Origin: Candidatus Latescibacterota bacterium
GTDB taxonomy: Bacteria; Latescibacterota; UBA2968; UBA8231
NCBI GenBank assembly: GCA_965261395.1
Contig: OZ253462.1
Location: 1,184,001 to 1,248,000 of the forward strand
Direction of reading: 5' to 3'
Length of the DNA stretch: 64,000 nucleotides
Shown: positions 17,768 to 28,538 of the stretch, one piece after another
Layout of the letters: each line of letters begins with the position of its first letter
Position numbering within the stretch: the stretch's first letter is position 1
Translations under genes and position numbers: made by a program
Notes under the pieces: generated by a model
Database searches by the model: none
What the model was told of the DNA's origin: nothing
What the model saw: only the letters and a program-made list of their open reading frames with translations

Positions 17768-19864
17768 CTAACGCGCTTCTGCCGCCCTCAGCACCATCTG
17801 TCCAAAATCGTCCACGCGCACTTGGTACTGAGGATGGACGACGGTAGTTGAATCAATCTCCTCGACGATGGCTGGCCCTTGCACCACCGCGCCAGCTCCT
17901 AGCCCATAACGGTCGTACACCGGGCAATCGACGTATCCCTCGCTCTCGGCAAAATACACCAGGCGCTGCCCTTTGGCCGTCGCCTCTCCGGTTGCCTTTG
18001 CCAGCGGTGCCAGCGCAGGTTTGGCGATCTGGCCGATGGCCGAGAGCCGCACACTGACCAGCTCGACGTCCTCGCCCGGCGCGCTAAAGCCATAGGCGCG
18101 ATCGTGCGTGCGGTGGAATTGCTCCAATAGCTGCTCTAGCTGCGCTGGGCCCAAGGCTTCGGTTGTCAACGGCAGCGTCAACTCGTGGCTCTGCCCAACG
18201 TAGCGCAGATCCGCTTGGCGTCTGAATTCCATCGCCGCTTCCGCCATCCCTTCGCGCCCAAGCGTTTCTCGCCCCTGCGCCTCTAACTCGCGAAAGGTCT
18301 GTTCCAAGGCGTGGGGAGCTACTTGGTCCAGGCGCTGGATGAGGGTGGTCGCGTAATCGTGTTTTAAGTCCGTCACCAACAGTCCCAGCGCCGAGGCCGT
18401 GCCCGGGCTTTGGGGAATGATCGCCACGGGAATATCGGTCAGAGCGGCGAGGCGATTGGCGTGAGCCGGCCCTGCGCCGCCAAAGGCTACCAGCGCGAAG
18501 TCGCGCGGGTCGTAGCCGCGCTGCACGGAGACCAGTCGCAGCGCGTTGACCATGGCGGTATTGGCGATCTCGACGATGCCGTGGGCAGCCTCGACCAGGT
18601 CCATGCCCAGCGGCTGGGCGCAGTGTTGTTCGATGGCGCGTTGTGCGGCCGCCGGGTCGAGGGCGATTTCGCCGCCGAGGAAATAGCTCGGGTTGAGCCG
18701 TCCCAATACGAGGTTAGCGTCGGTGACCGTGGGTTGCGTCCCGCCTTGGCCATAGCAGACCGGCCCGGGATCGGCCCCGGCGCTTTGGGGCCCGACCCGC
18801 AGGATGCCGCCCGGATCTACCCAAGCGATGGACCCGCCACCCGCGCCGATTTCCACGAGGTCGATTACTGGTGTGCGGATCGGATAGCCAGCGCCGCGAG
18901 TCGCCCCAACGCCCGACTGCGCCGTCGTCCCGACCTCGTAGTCCTTGGTCACGTTGGGCGTGCCGCCTTGAATCAGCCCGGCTTTGGCGGTCGTCCCGCC
19001 CATATCGAAGGAAATCACTTGGTCGTAGCCCTGCGCCTGCCCCAGATGCGCCGCCGCAATCACCCCGGCGGCTGGACCGGACTCGACCATGTACACCGGC
19101 TTTTGCCGCGCCGCCGCAAAGGTGTACACCCCACCGCTGCTCTGCATTACGAGCAGCTCGGCGGCGATACCGGCCTGTGCCAACCGATCTTCGATCCGCT
19201 GCAAATAGCGCGAGACCACTGGGCGGATGCAGCTATTGATCACGGTCGTGCTGGCCCGCAAGTACTCGCGGAACTCAGGCGCAACTTCCGCCGACAGCGA
19301 GACGACGGCCTCGGGAAAGACCTCGGCGATAATCTCCCCGGCCCGCCGCTCGTGGGCCGGATTGGCGTAGGCGTGTAAAAAGCAGACGGCGATGGATTCG
19401 ACGCCCTCGTCGCGCAGCTTGTTGGCTACTCGGCGCAAGGCGTCTTCATCGAGCGGTGTCAGCACCTGGCCTTGTGCGTCTAGGCGCTCGGGCACGCCAA
19501 AACAGTGGTGGCGCGGCACGAGTGGCCGGGGTTTTTCAAACTGCAAGTCGTAGAGGGTGGGGCGAATCTGGCGGGCGATCTCCAGCATATCGCGGAAGCC
19601 CTCGGTGGTGATAAAGCCCGTCGGCGCGACCTTGCCTTCGATGATGGCGTTGGTAGCGACCGTGGTGCCGTGGACGATGTAGGCCACGTCTTGGGCGGCG
19701 ATCTGCTGCTTGGCGAGCAGCCGCTGCACGGCTTCCATAAACCCGCCGGATGGGTCTTGGGGGGTCGAGGAGACCTTGCCGGTATAGATTTGCCCGGTCG
19801 CTTCGTCAATGAGCGCAATGTCGGTAAAGGTGCCGCCGATATCGACGCCGAGTCTATAGGCCAT
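17768..19864 (-). CDS. Hydantoinase/oxoprolinase subunit A (HyuA-like)
   Basis: GVDIGGTFTD, HGTTVATN, SGPAAG, DMGGTT, IGAGGGS, FGGAG. Confidence 0.93.
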   Translation of the reverse strand: MAYRLGVDIGGTFTDIALIDEATGQIYTGKVSSTPQDPSGGFMEAVQRLLAKQQIAAQDVAYIVHGTTVATNAIIEGKVAPTGFITTEGFRDMLEIARQIRPTLYDLQFEKPRPLVPRHHCFGVPERLDAQGQVLTPLDEDALRRVANKLRDEGVESIAVCFLHAYANPAHERRAGEIIAEVFPEAVVSLSAEVAPEFREYLRASTTVINSCIRPVVSRYLQRIEDRLAQAGIAAELLVMQSSGGVYTFAAARQKPVYMVESGPAAGVIAAAHLGQAQGYDQVISFDMGGTTAKAGLIQGGTPNVTKDYEVGTTAQSGVGATRGAGYPIRTPVIDLVEIGAGGGSIAWVDPGGILRVGPQSAGADPGPVCYGQGGTQPTVTDANLVLGRLNPSYFLGGEIALDPAAAQRAIEQHCAQPLGMDLVEAAHGIVEIANTAMVNALRLVSVQRGYDPRDFALVAFGGAGPAHANRLAALTDIPVAIIPQSPGTASALGLLVTDLKHDYATTLIQRLDQVAPHALEQTFRELEAQGRETLGREGMAEAAMEFRRQADLRYVGQSHELTLPLTTEALGPAQLEQLLEQFHRTHDRAYGFSAPGEDVELVSVRLSAIGQIAKPALAPLAKATGEATAKGQRLVYFAESEGYVDCPVYDRYGLGAGAVVQGPAIVEEIDSTTVVHPQYQVRVDDFGQMVLRAAEAR

Positions 19865-21590
19865 TGTCTGCCATCTCCCGCCGCCGCGCCTCGGTCGCCG
19901 CTTGATCGACTTGCCCACTGGCGCTGTCGATGACCACGCCATACGCGGCCCGCGCCCGCTTCGCGCTCACCTTGCCCTCGCGTACATCCTCGGCCACCGC
20001 TTGGGGGTCGCGCTGATGGGGTGGCCCGTAGCCGCCGCCGCCGCAGGTGCGATAGCTAAAGACCGTATCGGCCGCTAGCGCGATCGTCGTCTTGGACCCC
20101 AATTCGACATGCTGGCCTTCGGGGTCGAGGATATACCGAGCCTTGCCCCCGGCTTGCCCCCCAGCCAGCCCTTCCGGCCCCCAGCGGTCCCGATCCGACA
20201 GAACGGTAAAGGACACTTCGTGATCGGTAAATCGGTAGTCGCGCCGCAGTCCCAAGCCGCCGCGATACTGCCCAGCCCCCTCCGAGTCCTCTATCAGCTC
20301 GTAGCGATCAATCCGCAGCGGATAGTTGATTTCGATCTCCTCAATCGGCGCGTTTTCGGTGTTTTGACCGTGGCACTGCACCGCGTCCGGTCCGTCCTTG
20401 GTACTGCGCCCCCCATAGCCGCCCGCCATCGTCTCGTAGTAGGAATAAAGCTGCCCCGTGCGCGGGTCGGTGCCGCCGAATCCCACTTGGCACATCGTCC
20501 CCTTGGTCGCGGCCGGGATTTTATCGGGCAGCGCCGGATGCAGTGCCTTGAGAATGATATCGGTCAGCCGCACCTGGGTCTCCCAACCTCCAACCACTGG
20601 CGAGGGGGCCGTACAATTGACGACCGTCCCCTCGGGAGCCACGAGCCGCACCTGCGCGTAAAACCCGGCGTTGACCGGCACGTCTTGGTCGATCAGGCAC
20701 TTGAGCACGTAGGCGCAGGCCGCAAAGGTCTGGGAGTAGGTGGAATTGACCGGTGCCCGGCGCTGCGGATCGCACCCCGTTAGGTCGAAGAGTACCCCCT
20801 CGTCGTCGATGACGATGCGGACCTGGAGCCGCACCGGCTCGTCGGTAAAGCCGTCGTTATCGACGACGCCAGCGGCAGTGAACTCCCCTTTGGGCAACTT
20901 GGCCAACTCGGACAGCGTCCGCTCCCTAGTGTAGTCAATAAGCCGATCCATATAGAAAGACGCCTGCGCCAACCCCACTTGCTCGACGAGGGAGTTGAGT
21001 CGGCGAATCCCCGAATTATTGGCCGCCACCTGGGCGCGAAAGTCGCCGCGCGTCTCCCGCTTGGAGCGGATCTGGGCAATGACGAGTTCAAAGATATCGG
21101 CTGCGATCTCCCCACCGCGCACCAGCTTTACCGGAGGAATGATGATGCCCTCCTGATACACCTGCTGGAAGGCTCCAATGCTGGCCGGCGCGCCGCCCCC
21201 GACATCGACGTGATGGGCCAGATTGGCCACATAGCCAAAGAGTTCCTCGCCGCAATAGACGGGCGAAATCAGCGTGATGTCGTTGAGATGGACTCCGCCG
21301 CGATAGGGATCGTTGACGAGGATTGCGTCCCCGGCCTGCAAGTTTTCTGGACCGTATTCGGCGACCGCGCGGGGCGTGAGGATCGTCAGCGAGCCGAGGT
21401 GTACTGGCTGGGTAAAGGCTTGGGCGATGGGTCGCAACTGGCGGTCGAAAAAGGCGCAGGAGAAATCGGCGCGGGTTTTGATGTTGGTCGAATAGGCGCT
21501 GCGCCGGAGGGCGACGGCCATCTCCTCGGTTGCTTCGAGCAAGGCGTTGCGAATGACTTCGAATTGGATGGGGTCGATCTGGTCGGGCAT
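19854..21590 (-). CDS. Hydantoinase/oxoprolinase subunit B (HyuB-like)
   Basis: DFSCA, PVHLGS, NDPYRGGVHLND, AHHVDVGG, GAGQYRGG, GGGGYG; overlaps the subunit A start. Confidence 0.93.
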   Translation of the reverse strand: MPDQIDPIQFEVIRNALLEATEEMAVALRRSAYSTNIKTRADFSCAFFDRQLRPIAQAFTQPVHLGSLTILTPRAVAEYGPENLQAGDAILVNDPYRGGVHLNDITLISPVYCGEELFGYVANLAHHVDVGGGAPASIGAFQQVYQEGIIIPPVKLVRGGEIAADIFELVIAQIRSKRETRGDFRAQVAANNSGIRRLNSLVEQVGLAQASFYMDRLIDYTRERTLSELAKLPKGEFTAAGVVDNDGFTDEPVRLQVRIVIDDEGVLFDLTGCDPQRRAPVNSTYSQTFAACAYVLKCLIDQDVPVNAGFYAQVRLVAPEGTVVNCTAPSPVVGGWETQVRLTDIILKALHPALPDKIPAATKGTMCQVGFGGTDPRTGQLYSYYETMAGGYGGRSTKDGPDAVQCHGQNTENAPIEEIEINYPLRIDRYELIEDSEGAGQYRGGLGLRRDYRFTDHEVSFTVLSDRDRWGPEGLAGGQAGGKARYILDPEGQHVELGSKTTIALAADTVFSYRTCGGGGYGPPHQRDPQAVAEDVREGKVSAKRARAAYGVVIDSASGQVDQAATEARRREMADNGL

Positions 21591-21664
21591 GGTTTCTCGT
21601 GGTTGAAAGGGGTTGGGTAATATACGCCAGACGCCGCCCAGAGCCAGCAACGGCGGCCTGCTCG

Positions 21665-22588
21665 CTAGACCTCGATCTGCGCCAGATAAATACTGGTTTT
21701 CCCTTCGTGCGACGAATAGTAACTCATCCACAGCAAGCCCTCGTGCTCGACCATGCCGGGGTAACTACAGTCGCCGCCGCTGGGTAGCCATAGCACCGGC
21801 TCATAACTGGTCGGCGTCATCCGCGCTAGGACCATGGCCGCGCCGCCTTCGGGATGCCGCCCGCGGGCACCGGCCCACAGCGCACCGTCCGACCAGCGAA
21901 TAAAATTAGGCCCTCCCATCCCCTCGTTTATCTGGGTCCACTGCCAGTCTGTGTACGGAGACAGGCTAGTCCCGATCCAGTCGGGCCGCACCAAGGCAAT
22001 CATGGTGCCGTCGGGCATAAAGCGCAGCGTGGTCTCGCTAGCTGTCCAAGTGTCGTTGGGCAGGAAGAACTCGGTGATCCACTGCCAGTCGAGGCCGTCG
22101 GTGCTGGAGTAGAGAAACCCCCGGCGCGGATAGGACCCCTCGCCCAGCTTCGATACACTGTAGGCGGTTCCCTCGTGCCAGGTGACGCGCCACAGCCAGT
22201 GGTCTTCCGCCAGCACTTTCTGCGGCGTAGTCCAGGTGTAGCCGTCGTCCGAAAAGGCAATGCGCGGTGCGCGGGTGCCGTACTCGGTGCCCGCGTACAG
22301 GCTGCCGCCGGCGACCAACATCAGGCGTCCGTCGCTGGCGACCGACAGCTTGGGATCGCGCAGGTCCACCTCCTGTTCCGCCAGCACTGCTGCCGACTCC
22401 CAAGCGCGGCCATCGTCTGAGCAAATGACGCGCACGGTGCCGATGCTCGGCCCGTGGTCTTGGGCCTCGCGGAACGTACACCACCACCGATCGGCGAAGC
22501 GCATCAGATCGGTGAAGGCGTTGTGCGGGCCGCGCTCCCAGATCTTCTCGACCGAGAGGATTTGCGGCGTTGTAGGGTGCGTATTCAT
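21665..22588 (-). CDS. BNR/Asp-box sialidase-like protein
   Basis: HNAFTDL, SDDGRAW, SDDGYTW, STDGLDW, DLRDP, GDCSYPG, YYSSHEG. Confidence 0.82.
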   Translation of the reverse strand: MNTHPTTPQILSVEKIWERGPHNAFTDLMRFADRWWCTFREAQDHGPSIGTVRVICSDDGRAWESAAVLAEQEVDLRDPKLSVASDGRLMLVAGGSLYAGTEYGTRAPRIAFSDDGYTWTTPQKVLAEDHWLWRVTWHEGTAYSVSKLGEGSYPRRGFLYSSTDGLDWQWITEFFLPNDTWTASETTLRFMPDGTMIALVRPDWIGTSLSPYTDWQWTQINEGMGGPNFIRWSDGALWAGARGRHPEGGAAMVLARMTPTSYEPVLWLPSGGDCSYPGMVEHEGLLWMSYYSSHEGKTSIYLAQIEV

Positions 22589-22754
22589 CGTTTGTCTCCT
22601 TGTTAGACTGGTCGCGGAAGCTGTTTCACGTCCTCTTCTACGTCAAGTGTTACCCTACCGTCGATGTGGCGGCTCGATTTGACATATCGATATGCAAGTT
22701 TGATTATGGGCACCACACGTAAGGGGTGCTGGCTCCAGAACGAAAATTGAGATC

Positions 22755-23910
22755 ATGCTTGGGCAAACCACAATTTTTGCCGACTCTGGCCTCCCGCCTG
22801 CTCTCGTCGATAATTTGCGGCGTTTCAATCCGTGGTGGGAAAACGAAGCGATGCCACTGCAGCCGACGACGAGACGGCATTTGGTGGCGCAGATGCGCCG
22901 GCGTTTGGATGCCAATATCGCGCCGATTATCGTCGTTCGAGGCCCGCGCCAAATCGGCAAGACCACGGCGCAGTTTCAAATCATTCAAGACTTGCTCGAC
23001 GAGGGCGTGGATCCGAAACAGATTCTTCGCGTCCAATTCGACGATCTTGAAACCTTGGGCAAGTTGCCGGAACCGATCTTGCGCATTGCGGATTGGTTTG
23101 AGCGGCGCATTACCCCAAAGCGGCTCAATGCATTAGCTCAAGCCGGCGCAACGGCCTACTTGTTTTTCGACGAGATTCAAAACCTCGATGGTTGGGATGT
23201 GCAACTCAAGTCGTTGGTTGACAACGCTTCCGTCAAAGTGGTCGTCACCGGCAGTTCGGCACTGCGCATCGAATTGGGGCGGGACAGTCTCGCTGGCCGG
23301 ATCAATACGATCGAAGCGGGTGTCCTTTCGCTCACTGAGATTGGTGCGCTACGCGGCTTTGCGACGCCGGAACCCTTTCTCGGAGATAATGGTCTGGCGA
23401 ATCTATTAGAGAAGGAGTTTTGGCGTGGCTTGCGCGAATACGGGATTGAACATGGAGCATTTTGCGCAGAGGCATTTGTTCATTTTTCGGAGCGCGGCGG
23501 CTATCCCATCGTCCATCATCGGAAAGAGGTAGAATTTTCTCAACTGGCCGATCACCTCAACGAGACGGTCATCAAAAGGGTCGTTCAGCACGATTTGAGA
23601 TTTAGCGGAGAGTATTTTTGGCTCGGTTGCGTCAACGATTCACGGCTTGGACATTGCTCATTTCCCCGAAAGGGGTACGGACCAGGAAGTTGACTTTGTA
23701 TTGACGGCCGGCAGCGTGCGTATCCCGGTAGAAATCAAATATCAGAGACGCATAGATCCATTCCGCGATACGTTGGGTTTGCGCTCGTTTTTGGAAAAAT
23801 CCGTAAATAATGCGCCGTTCGGAATTCTGGTGACGCAAGATAATTCCGGCACGGTGGACGATCCGCGGATCGTCAGTTTGCCATTATCAACCTTCATGAT
23901 GCTCCGCTGA
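22755..23910 (+). pseudogene. AAA_14/DUF4143-type ATP-binding protein with internal deletion and frameshift near 23600
   Basis: Walker A GPRQIGKT, Walker B LFFDEIQ, TGSS; the frame changes at QHDLR to LAESIFG...EVDFV...PVEIKY; the middle region is absent. Confidence 0.75.
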
Positions 23911-24026
23911 ATGGCTTAGCTTCTCCTCTCGACCTTCATCGATTAGTACTCGGCGACGGACCCGTCCCGGTGCCGATTGTCCGGCCATTTGAACGTCCAT
24001 ATTGGTCTGGATTTCCAGCCATTTTT

Positions 24027-24065
24027 TATTATGTTTCTTAAACATAATGTTTGAGAAGCATAATA
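24027..24065. promoter_or_regulatory. AT-rich nested palindrome, candidate operator
   Basis: TATTATGTTTCTTAAACAT-A-ATGTTTGAGAAGCATAATA; 19-bp arms with 2 mismatches, 13 bp upstream of the ATG. Confidence 0.5.
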
Positions 24066-24078
24066 GGGAAGCTATGCC

Positions 24079-25452
24079 ATGCGCCTCGAGTTTTTGGACA
24101 GAACGCGGGAAGTTGATCGACTGACCAAGGCCCTCGCTGCCCAAGATCCCGGTTTTATCGTGGTCTTCGGCCGGCGTCGATGCGGCAAGTCAACTCTTTT
24201 ACAGCAGGTGATTCGCCCGGGCGATATCTACTACGCGGCCGACCAGCGCGAAGCCCCTCTGCAACGCCGCACTCTAGCTGGGGAAGTGGCTCGGCGCATT
24301 CTGGGCTTTGCCGCGGTCGAATACCCGTCTTGGCTGGCCCTGCTCCAGACTTTGGACGCCCGCGCCGAGCCAGGCACTTGTTTGGTCTTGGACGAGTTTC
24401 CCTATCTAGTGCAGATCTCACCCGAATTGCCCAGCCTAGTGCAAAAATTCCTCGACGACCCCGCCCGCCGTATCCATCTGGCCATTTGCGGTTCGTCCCA
24501 AGGGATGATGCAGGACCTAATCCTCAACGCCGCCGCGCCCTTGTACGGCCGGGCGAGCCAAGTGCTGGCGATCCGTCCTCTGGCTCCCTTTTGGATACAG
24601 CAAGCCCTCGAGGTCCACGGTACTGAAGCCATTGAACAGTATGCGGTTTGGGGCGGCGTGCCGCGCTACTGGGAACTCGCTCGGGATTGCACCGGCCTGC
24701 AAGCCGCCATCGAGGAACTGGTGCTCGACAAATACGGCGTCCTCCACAGCGAACCCGAGCGCCTGTTGCTCGACGACATGCGCAGCTCCGTGCAGGCTAA
24801 TTCCCTGCTGTCGCTTATCGCCAATGGCTGCCATCGACTCACCGAAATCGGTGCGCGGCTGGGCAAACCCGCAGGTCATTTGGCCCGCCCCCTCGCCCAG
24901 TTGATCGAACTGGGCTATATCCGGCGGGAAGTGCCCTTTGGCGAGACCACCAAATCGACCAGGCGCTCTCTATACAAACTGAACGACCCGTTTCTGATCT
25001 TCTGGTACCGCTATGTCCAGCCCAACCGGTCGCTGTTGGAACGCGATTTAATCGACGATGTATCCCGCGCTATTAGGCCAACTTTTGCGCAGCACGTCGC
25101 CGATATATGGGAGGATCTAGCCCGCCTGTCCACAGCCGCCCTGCCCGTTGGCAATATCCGGTGGAAACCAGCCCAGCGGTGGTGGGGGCGCGGCTTGGAC
25201 GGGCAGCCAATGGAGATCGACCTGGTCGCCGAGGCCCTCGATGGCGAGGCCCTGTTGCTAGGCGAAATCAAATGGCGGGAGCGGCCGAATCAGGGCGCTG
25301 TTTTCGACCGTTTGCGCTACTGCGCGGCAAACTTTCCCCAAGCCCGAGGAAGGGAGACGATCCTAGGGGCTTGGCTCAAGCGGGGGACCGCTAAAACCCA
25401 ACCAAGAGAATTCGTCGTCCATCCAGCAGGAACGCTGGAGGTGCTGCGCTGA
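24079..25452 (+). CDS. Archaeal-type ATPase (ATPase_2) with wHTH and DUF234/PD-(D/E)XK C-terminus
   Basis: FLDR.RE, GRRRCGKS, VLDEFPYL, CGSS, GGVPRY, EIDLVA..GEIKW. Confidence 0.88.
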   Translation: MRLEFLDRTREVDRLTKALAAQDPGFIVVFGRRRCGKSTLLQQVIRPGDIYYAADQREAPLQRRTLAGEVARRILGFAAVEYPSWLALLQTLDARAEPGTCLVLDEFPYLVQISPELPSLVQKFLDDPARRIHLAICGSSQGMMQDLILNAAAPLYGRASQVLAIRPLAPFWIQQALEVHGTEAIEQYAVWGGVPRYWELARDCTGLQAAIEELVLDKYGVLHSEPERLLLDDMRSSVQANSLLSLIANGCHRLTEIGARLGKPAGHLARPLAQLIELGYIRREVPFGETTKSTRRSLYKLNDPFLIFWYRYVQPNRSLLERDLIDDVSRAIRPTFAQHVADIWEDLARLSTAALPVGNIRWKPAQRWWGRGLDGQPMEIDLVAEALDGEALLLGEIKWRERPNQGAVFDRLRYCAANFPQARGRETILGAWLKRGTAKTQPREFVVHPAGTLEVLR

Positions 25453-25585
25453 GTGAGTCGCGCGAACAGCTTCATCCGGGCGAGACAGGGTTTTCGCAAG
25501 AATTGACGGCTTGATGGCCCCGTCTATCTTTCGAGTCGAGTCGTTTTCGCCGGATGGCCACATTCCGCCAAAGAAGGACCAAACC

Positions 25586-27064
25586 ATGACCCCAACAGAC
25601 GCCATTCCCATCCTTATCGGCGAGCAGTGGATAACGCCGGTGGTCGAGGCTCACACACCGGTGTACCGTCCCGCCACTGGGGAAGTGATCGGACGAACGC
25701 CGCAGTGTGGCCGCGTCGAAGTCGATCTAGCGGTGGAGGCCGCAAGCCGGGCCTTTGCGGGCTGGTCGGTGACGCCAGCACCGGAACGGGCGCGGGTGCT
25801 GTTCCGCTACCGCGAGTTGCTGGAGGAGCAGTTCGAGTCTCTGGCCGAGATTCTCTGCGGCGAGAACGGCAAGACCCGCGAGGAAGCGCGAGGCGATGTG
25901 CGCCGCGGCATTGAGGTCGTCGAGCTGGCCTGCGGTATCGGCCAGATGGCCAAGGGCGAGGTGCTGCCGGAGTTGGCCGCTGGCATTGATGGTGCCGCCA
26001 CGCGCGAGCCAGTGGGGATATGCGCTGGCATCACGCCGTTCAACTTTCCGGCCATGGTGCCCATGTGGATGTACCCGCTGGCCATCGCCTGCGGCAACTG
26101 CTTCGTGCTGAAGCCGAGCGAGAAGGTGCCGTTTACGGCCAACCGCCTAGCAGAACTGTTCGTCGAGGCGGGGCTCCCACCGGGGGTGCTAAACGTCGTG
26201 CACGGCGGTCGGGATGTGGTCGAAGCCCTCTGTCGGCACCCCGGTATCGCGGCTATTTCCTTTGTCGGCTCGTCGCCAGTAGCGCGTCGGGTGTACGAGC
26301 TGACCGGGCAGACGGGAAAGCGCTGTCAGGCGGCGGGCGGAGCCAAAAACGTGCTCCTCGTCATGCCCGACGCGGTCGAGTCCGGCCTGTTCGGCAAGGC
26401 AGCGGCCGCAGATCCGACGCTGAACGCGGTTATGCACTCTGCCTTTGGCTGTGCTGGCCAGCGCTGCATGGCTGGCTCCCTGCTGATGGGCATCGGCGAC
26501 GCCAACGACGGCCTGCGCGACCAACTAGCCTCTGCTATGGATACGATGACGGTGGGGGACACGCTGCGCGACGATGTGGACATGGGTCCGGTCATCGACG
26601 GAACCGCCCGGCAGCGCCTCGTCGGCCACATCGCCGGCGCTGCCTCGGCGGACCTGACCGTGGTGCGCGACGGGCGCGAAGGCGTACCGGACACCGGCTT
26701 CTACGTCGGGCCGACCCTGCTCGACGGCGTCAACCCCGGCCATGGCTTATTCGCGGAGGAGCTGTTTGGCCCGGTCTTGGGGCTGATGCGGCCCGAGACG
26801 CTGGACCAGGCAATCGACTGGATCAACCGCATCCCGTACGGCAATGCGGCGACCATTTTCACCCGCGATGGCGGTGCGGCACGCACCTTTACGCGCGGTG
26901 TAGAGTGCGGCATGATTGGCGTAAACGTGGGCGTGCCGGCACCCATGGCCCTGTTCTCTTTTTCCGGCTGGGACCAGTCATTCTTCGGCGACCTGCACGT
27001 GCAGGGGACCGAGGGAATTCTGTTCTACACGCGGCAGAAGACGGTGCTGTCGCGGTGGCTCTGA
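25586..27064 (+). CDS. mmsA: CoA-acylating methylmalonate/malonate-semialdehyde dehydrogenase
   Basis: GITPFNFPAMVPMW, KPSEK, SFVGS, GGAKN, AGQRCMA, EELFGPV, GVNVGVPAP, SFFGDLH. Confidence 0.85.
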   Translation: MTPTDAIPILIGEQWITPVVEAHTPVYRPATGEVIGRTPQCGRVEVDLAVEAASRAFAGWSVTPAPERARVLFRYRELLEEQFESLAEILCGENGKTREEARGDVRRGIEVVELACGIGQMAKGEVLPELAAGIDGAATREPVGICAGITPFNFPAMVPMWMYPLAIACGNCFVLKPSEKVPFTANRLAELFVEAGLPPGVLNVVHGGRDVVEALCRHPGIAAISFVGSSPVARRVYELTGQTGKRCQAAGGAKNVLLVMPDAVESGLFGKAAAADPTLNAVMHSAFGCAGQRCMAGSLLMGIGDANDGLRDQLASAMDTMTVGDTLRDDVDMGPVIDGTARQRLVGHIAGAASADLTVVRDGREGVPDTGFYVGPTLLDGVNPGHGLFAEELFGPVLGLMRPETLDQAIDWINRIPYGNAATIFTRDGGAARTFTRGVECGMIGVNVGVPAPMALFSFSGWDQSFFGDLHVQGTEGILFYTRQKTVLSRWL

Positions 27065-27071
27065 GGAGGTC

Positions 27072-28499
27072 GTGGGCGAGACCCAGGAGGTAGCAATGGA
27101 AGACAGAATCGAAGAAGCGATCATCGCCGAGATTGAGGCGCGGTCCGAGGCTTGGGAAAACCTGCTCGTGCTGGCCGACGACATCGGTGTGCGCGTAGCT
27201 GGCAGCGAAGGGGAGGTCCGGGCCCGGGACTTCCTGCTGCAGACCTTTCAGCGCTATGGACTCGACCGCGTCCACTTGGAGCCTTTCGAGTACCGCGCTT
27301 GGCGGCCGCAGCGCGAGGAGTTGACCGTGGTGGCGCCGGAGGCCGGACGTTCGATCCCGTGTCGGTGCGGAGGGCTGTCGCCTTCGACCCCGGAGCAGGG
27401 GGTGGAAGGCGAGGTCGTGTTCCTCGAGCGCTGCGACGCTGAGGAGCTAGCGCAGCGGGCCGACGAGGTGCGCGGCCGCATTGCGGTGGCACCCTACTAC
27501 CCCTTTGCCCGCCAGCTAAAGACGCCCTTGGCAGCGCGCTTCGGCGCGGTGGCCCTCCTCGAGCACCGCAACTACGCCGGTGCCTTGCAGCCGGCCCGCA
27601 CCTGCTGCTTCCAGCGGGTCGGCGACCTGCCGGTGGCCTCGATCAGTCTCGAAGACGCCGAGTACCTCAAGCGTCTGCAGCAGCGGCGTGGACCGGTGCG
27701 TCTGCGGTTGGTCCTCGACAGCCGCATCGAGCCCAAGGAGTCGTGGAACGTGGTCGGCGAGTTGACCGGGGCCGAGCATCCGCAGCAGATCTTGGTCTGC
27801 GGCGGCCACTACGACACTTGGCACGTGGGCCCCGGCGCTATTGACAACGCCGCGGGCGTGGTCGCCGTGGTCGAGGCGGCGCGAGCCCTCGCCGTGCACC
27901 GCGAGCACCTGCGGCGCACGGTGCGGTTCGTCGCTTTCGGGGTCGAGGAGTCGGGACTGGTCGGGTCCTGGGCGTACACGCAGCGCCACGTCGGCGAACT
28001 CGACGACACTTGGCTGATGATCAACAACGATGTCGGCGGTCGGCCCTCGGGGCTGGGAATTGCCGGGGCTGAGGATCTGCTGCCGGTCCTAGAGGCGGTG
28101 GCGAGCCGCGTGCGCGTGGATGGTCTCGCAAAGCCCTTCGGCGCGTCCTGCGGCACGACGAGTTGGGGTTCCGATCACTTCCCGTTCTTCGCCCACGGCG
28201 TGCCTACCGTGGGTCTGGGCACGGAGTCGGTATGGCCTGAGGATCGCCTCTATGGCCACAGCCGGGCCGACACCGCGGACAAGGTCTATCCCCGGGGTCT
28301 GAGCGAGTGCGCGGCGATCAACGCGCGGGTGCTGTTCGAGGTGGCCAACCTGGACGAGCGTCCGGCGCGGCGGCGCACGCGGGAGGAGTTGGAGGCGTCC
28401 TTTGCCGGTGCGCCGCTGGCGGAGGCCCTCGAACTGCTCGACCTGTGGCCGCCGGAGCGGGCGCTGGCGAGGTATTTCGGGGGCCGGGAGGAGGGATGA
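27072..28499 (+). CDS. M28 family metallopeptidase with PA domain
   Basis: GHYDT, GAIDNAAG, GVEESG, SDH, HSRADT; alternative ATG at 27096. Confidence 0.88.
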   Translation: MGETQEVAMEDRIEEAIIAEIEARSEAWENLLVLADDIGVRVAGSEGEVRARDFLLQTFQRYGLDRVHLEPFEYRAWRPQREELTVVAPEAGRSIPCRCGGLSPSTPEQGVEGEVVFLERCDAEELAQRADEVRGRIAVAPYYPFARQLKTPLAARFGAVALLEHRNYAGALQPARTCCFQRVGDLPVASISLEDAEYLKRLQQRRGPVRLRLVLDSRIEPKESWNVVGELTGAEHPQQILVCGGHYDTWHVGPGAIDNAAGVVAVVEAARALAVHREHLRRTVRFVAFGVEESGLVGSWAYTQRHVGELDDTWLMINNDVGGRPSGLGIAGAEDLLPVLEAVASRVRVDGLAKPFGASCGTTSWGSDHFPFFAHGVPTVGLGTESVWPEDRLYGHSRADTADKVYPRGLSECAAINARVLFEVANLDERPARRRTREELEASFAGAPLAEALELLDLWPPERALARYFGGREEG

Positions 28500-28538
28500 G
28501 TTACTCGGAGACTCCTAGTGGGGTTTGCCGGCGGCTGC

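Noticed and set aside
26020-27093. 357-aa ORF overlapping mmsA, and similar alternative-frame ORFs such as 2002-2850, 18410-19378 and 35590-36444
   Set aside because: Off-frame or antisense products of GC-rich coding DNA with no recognisable domains
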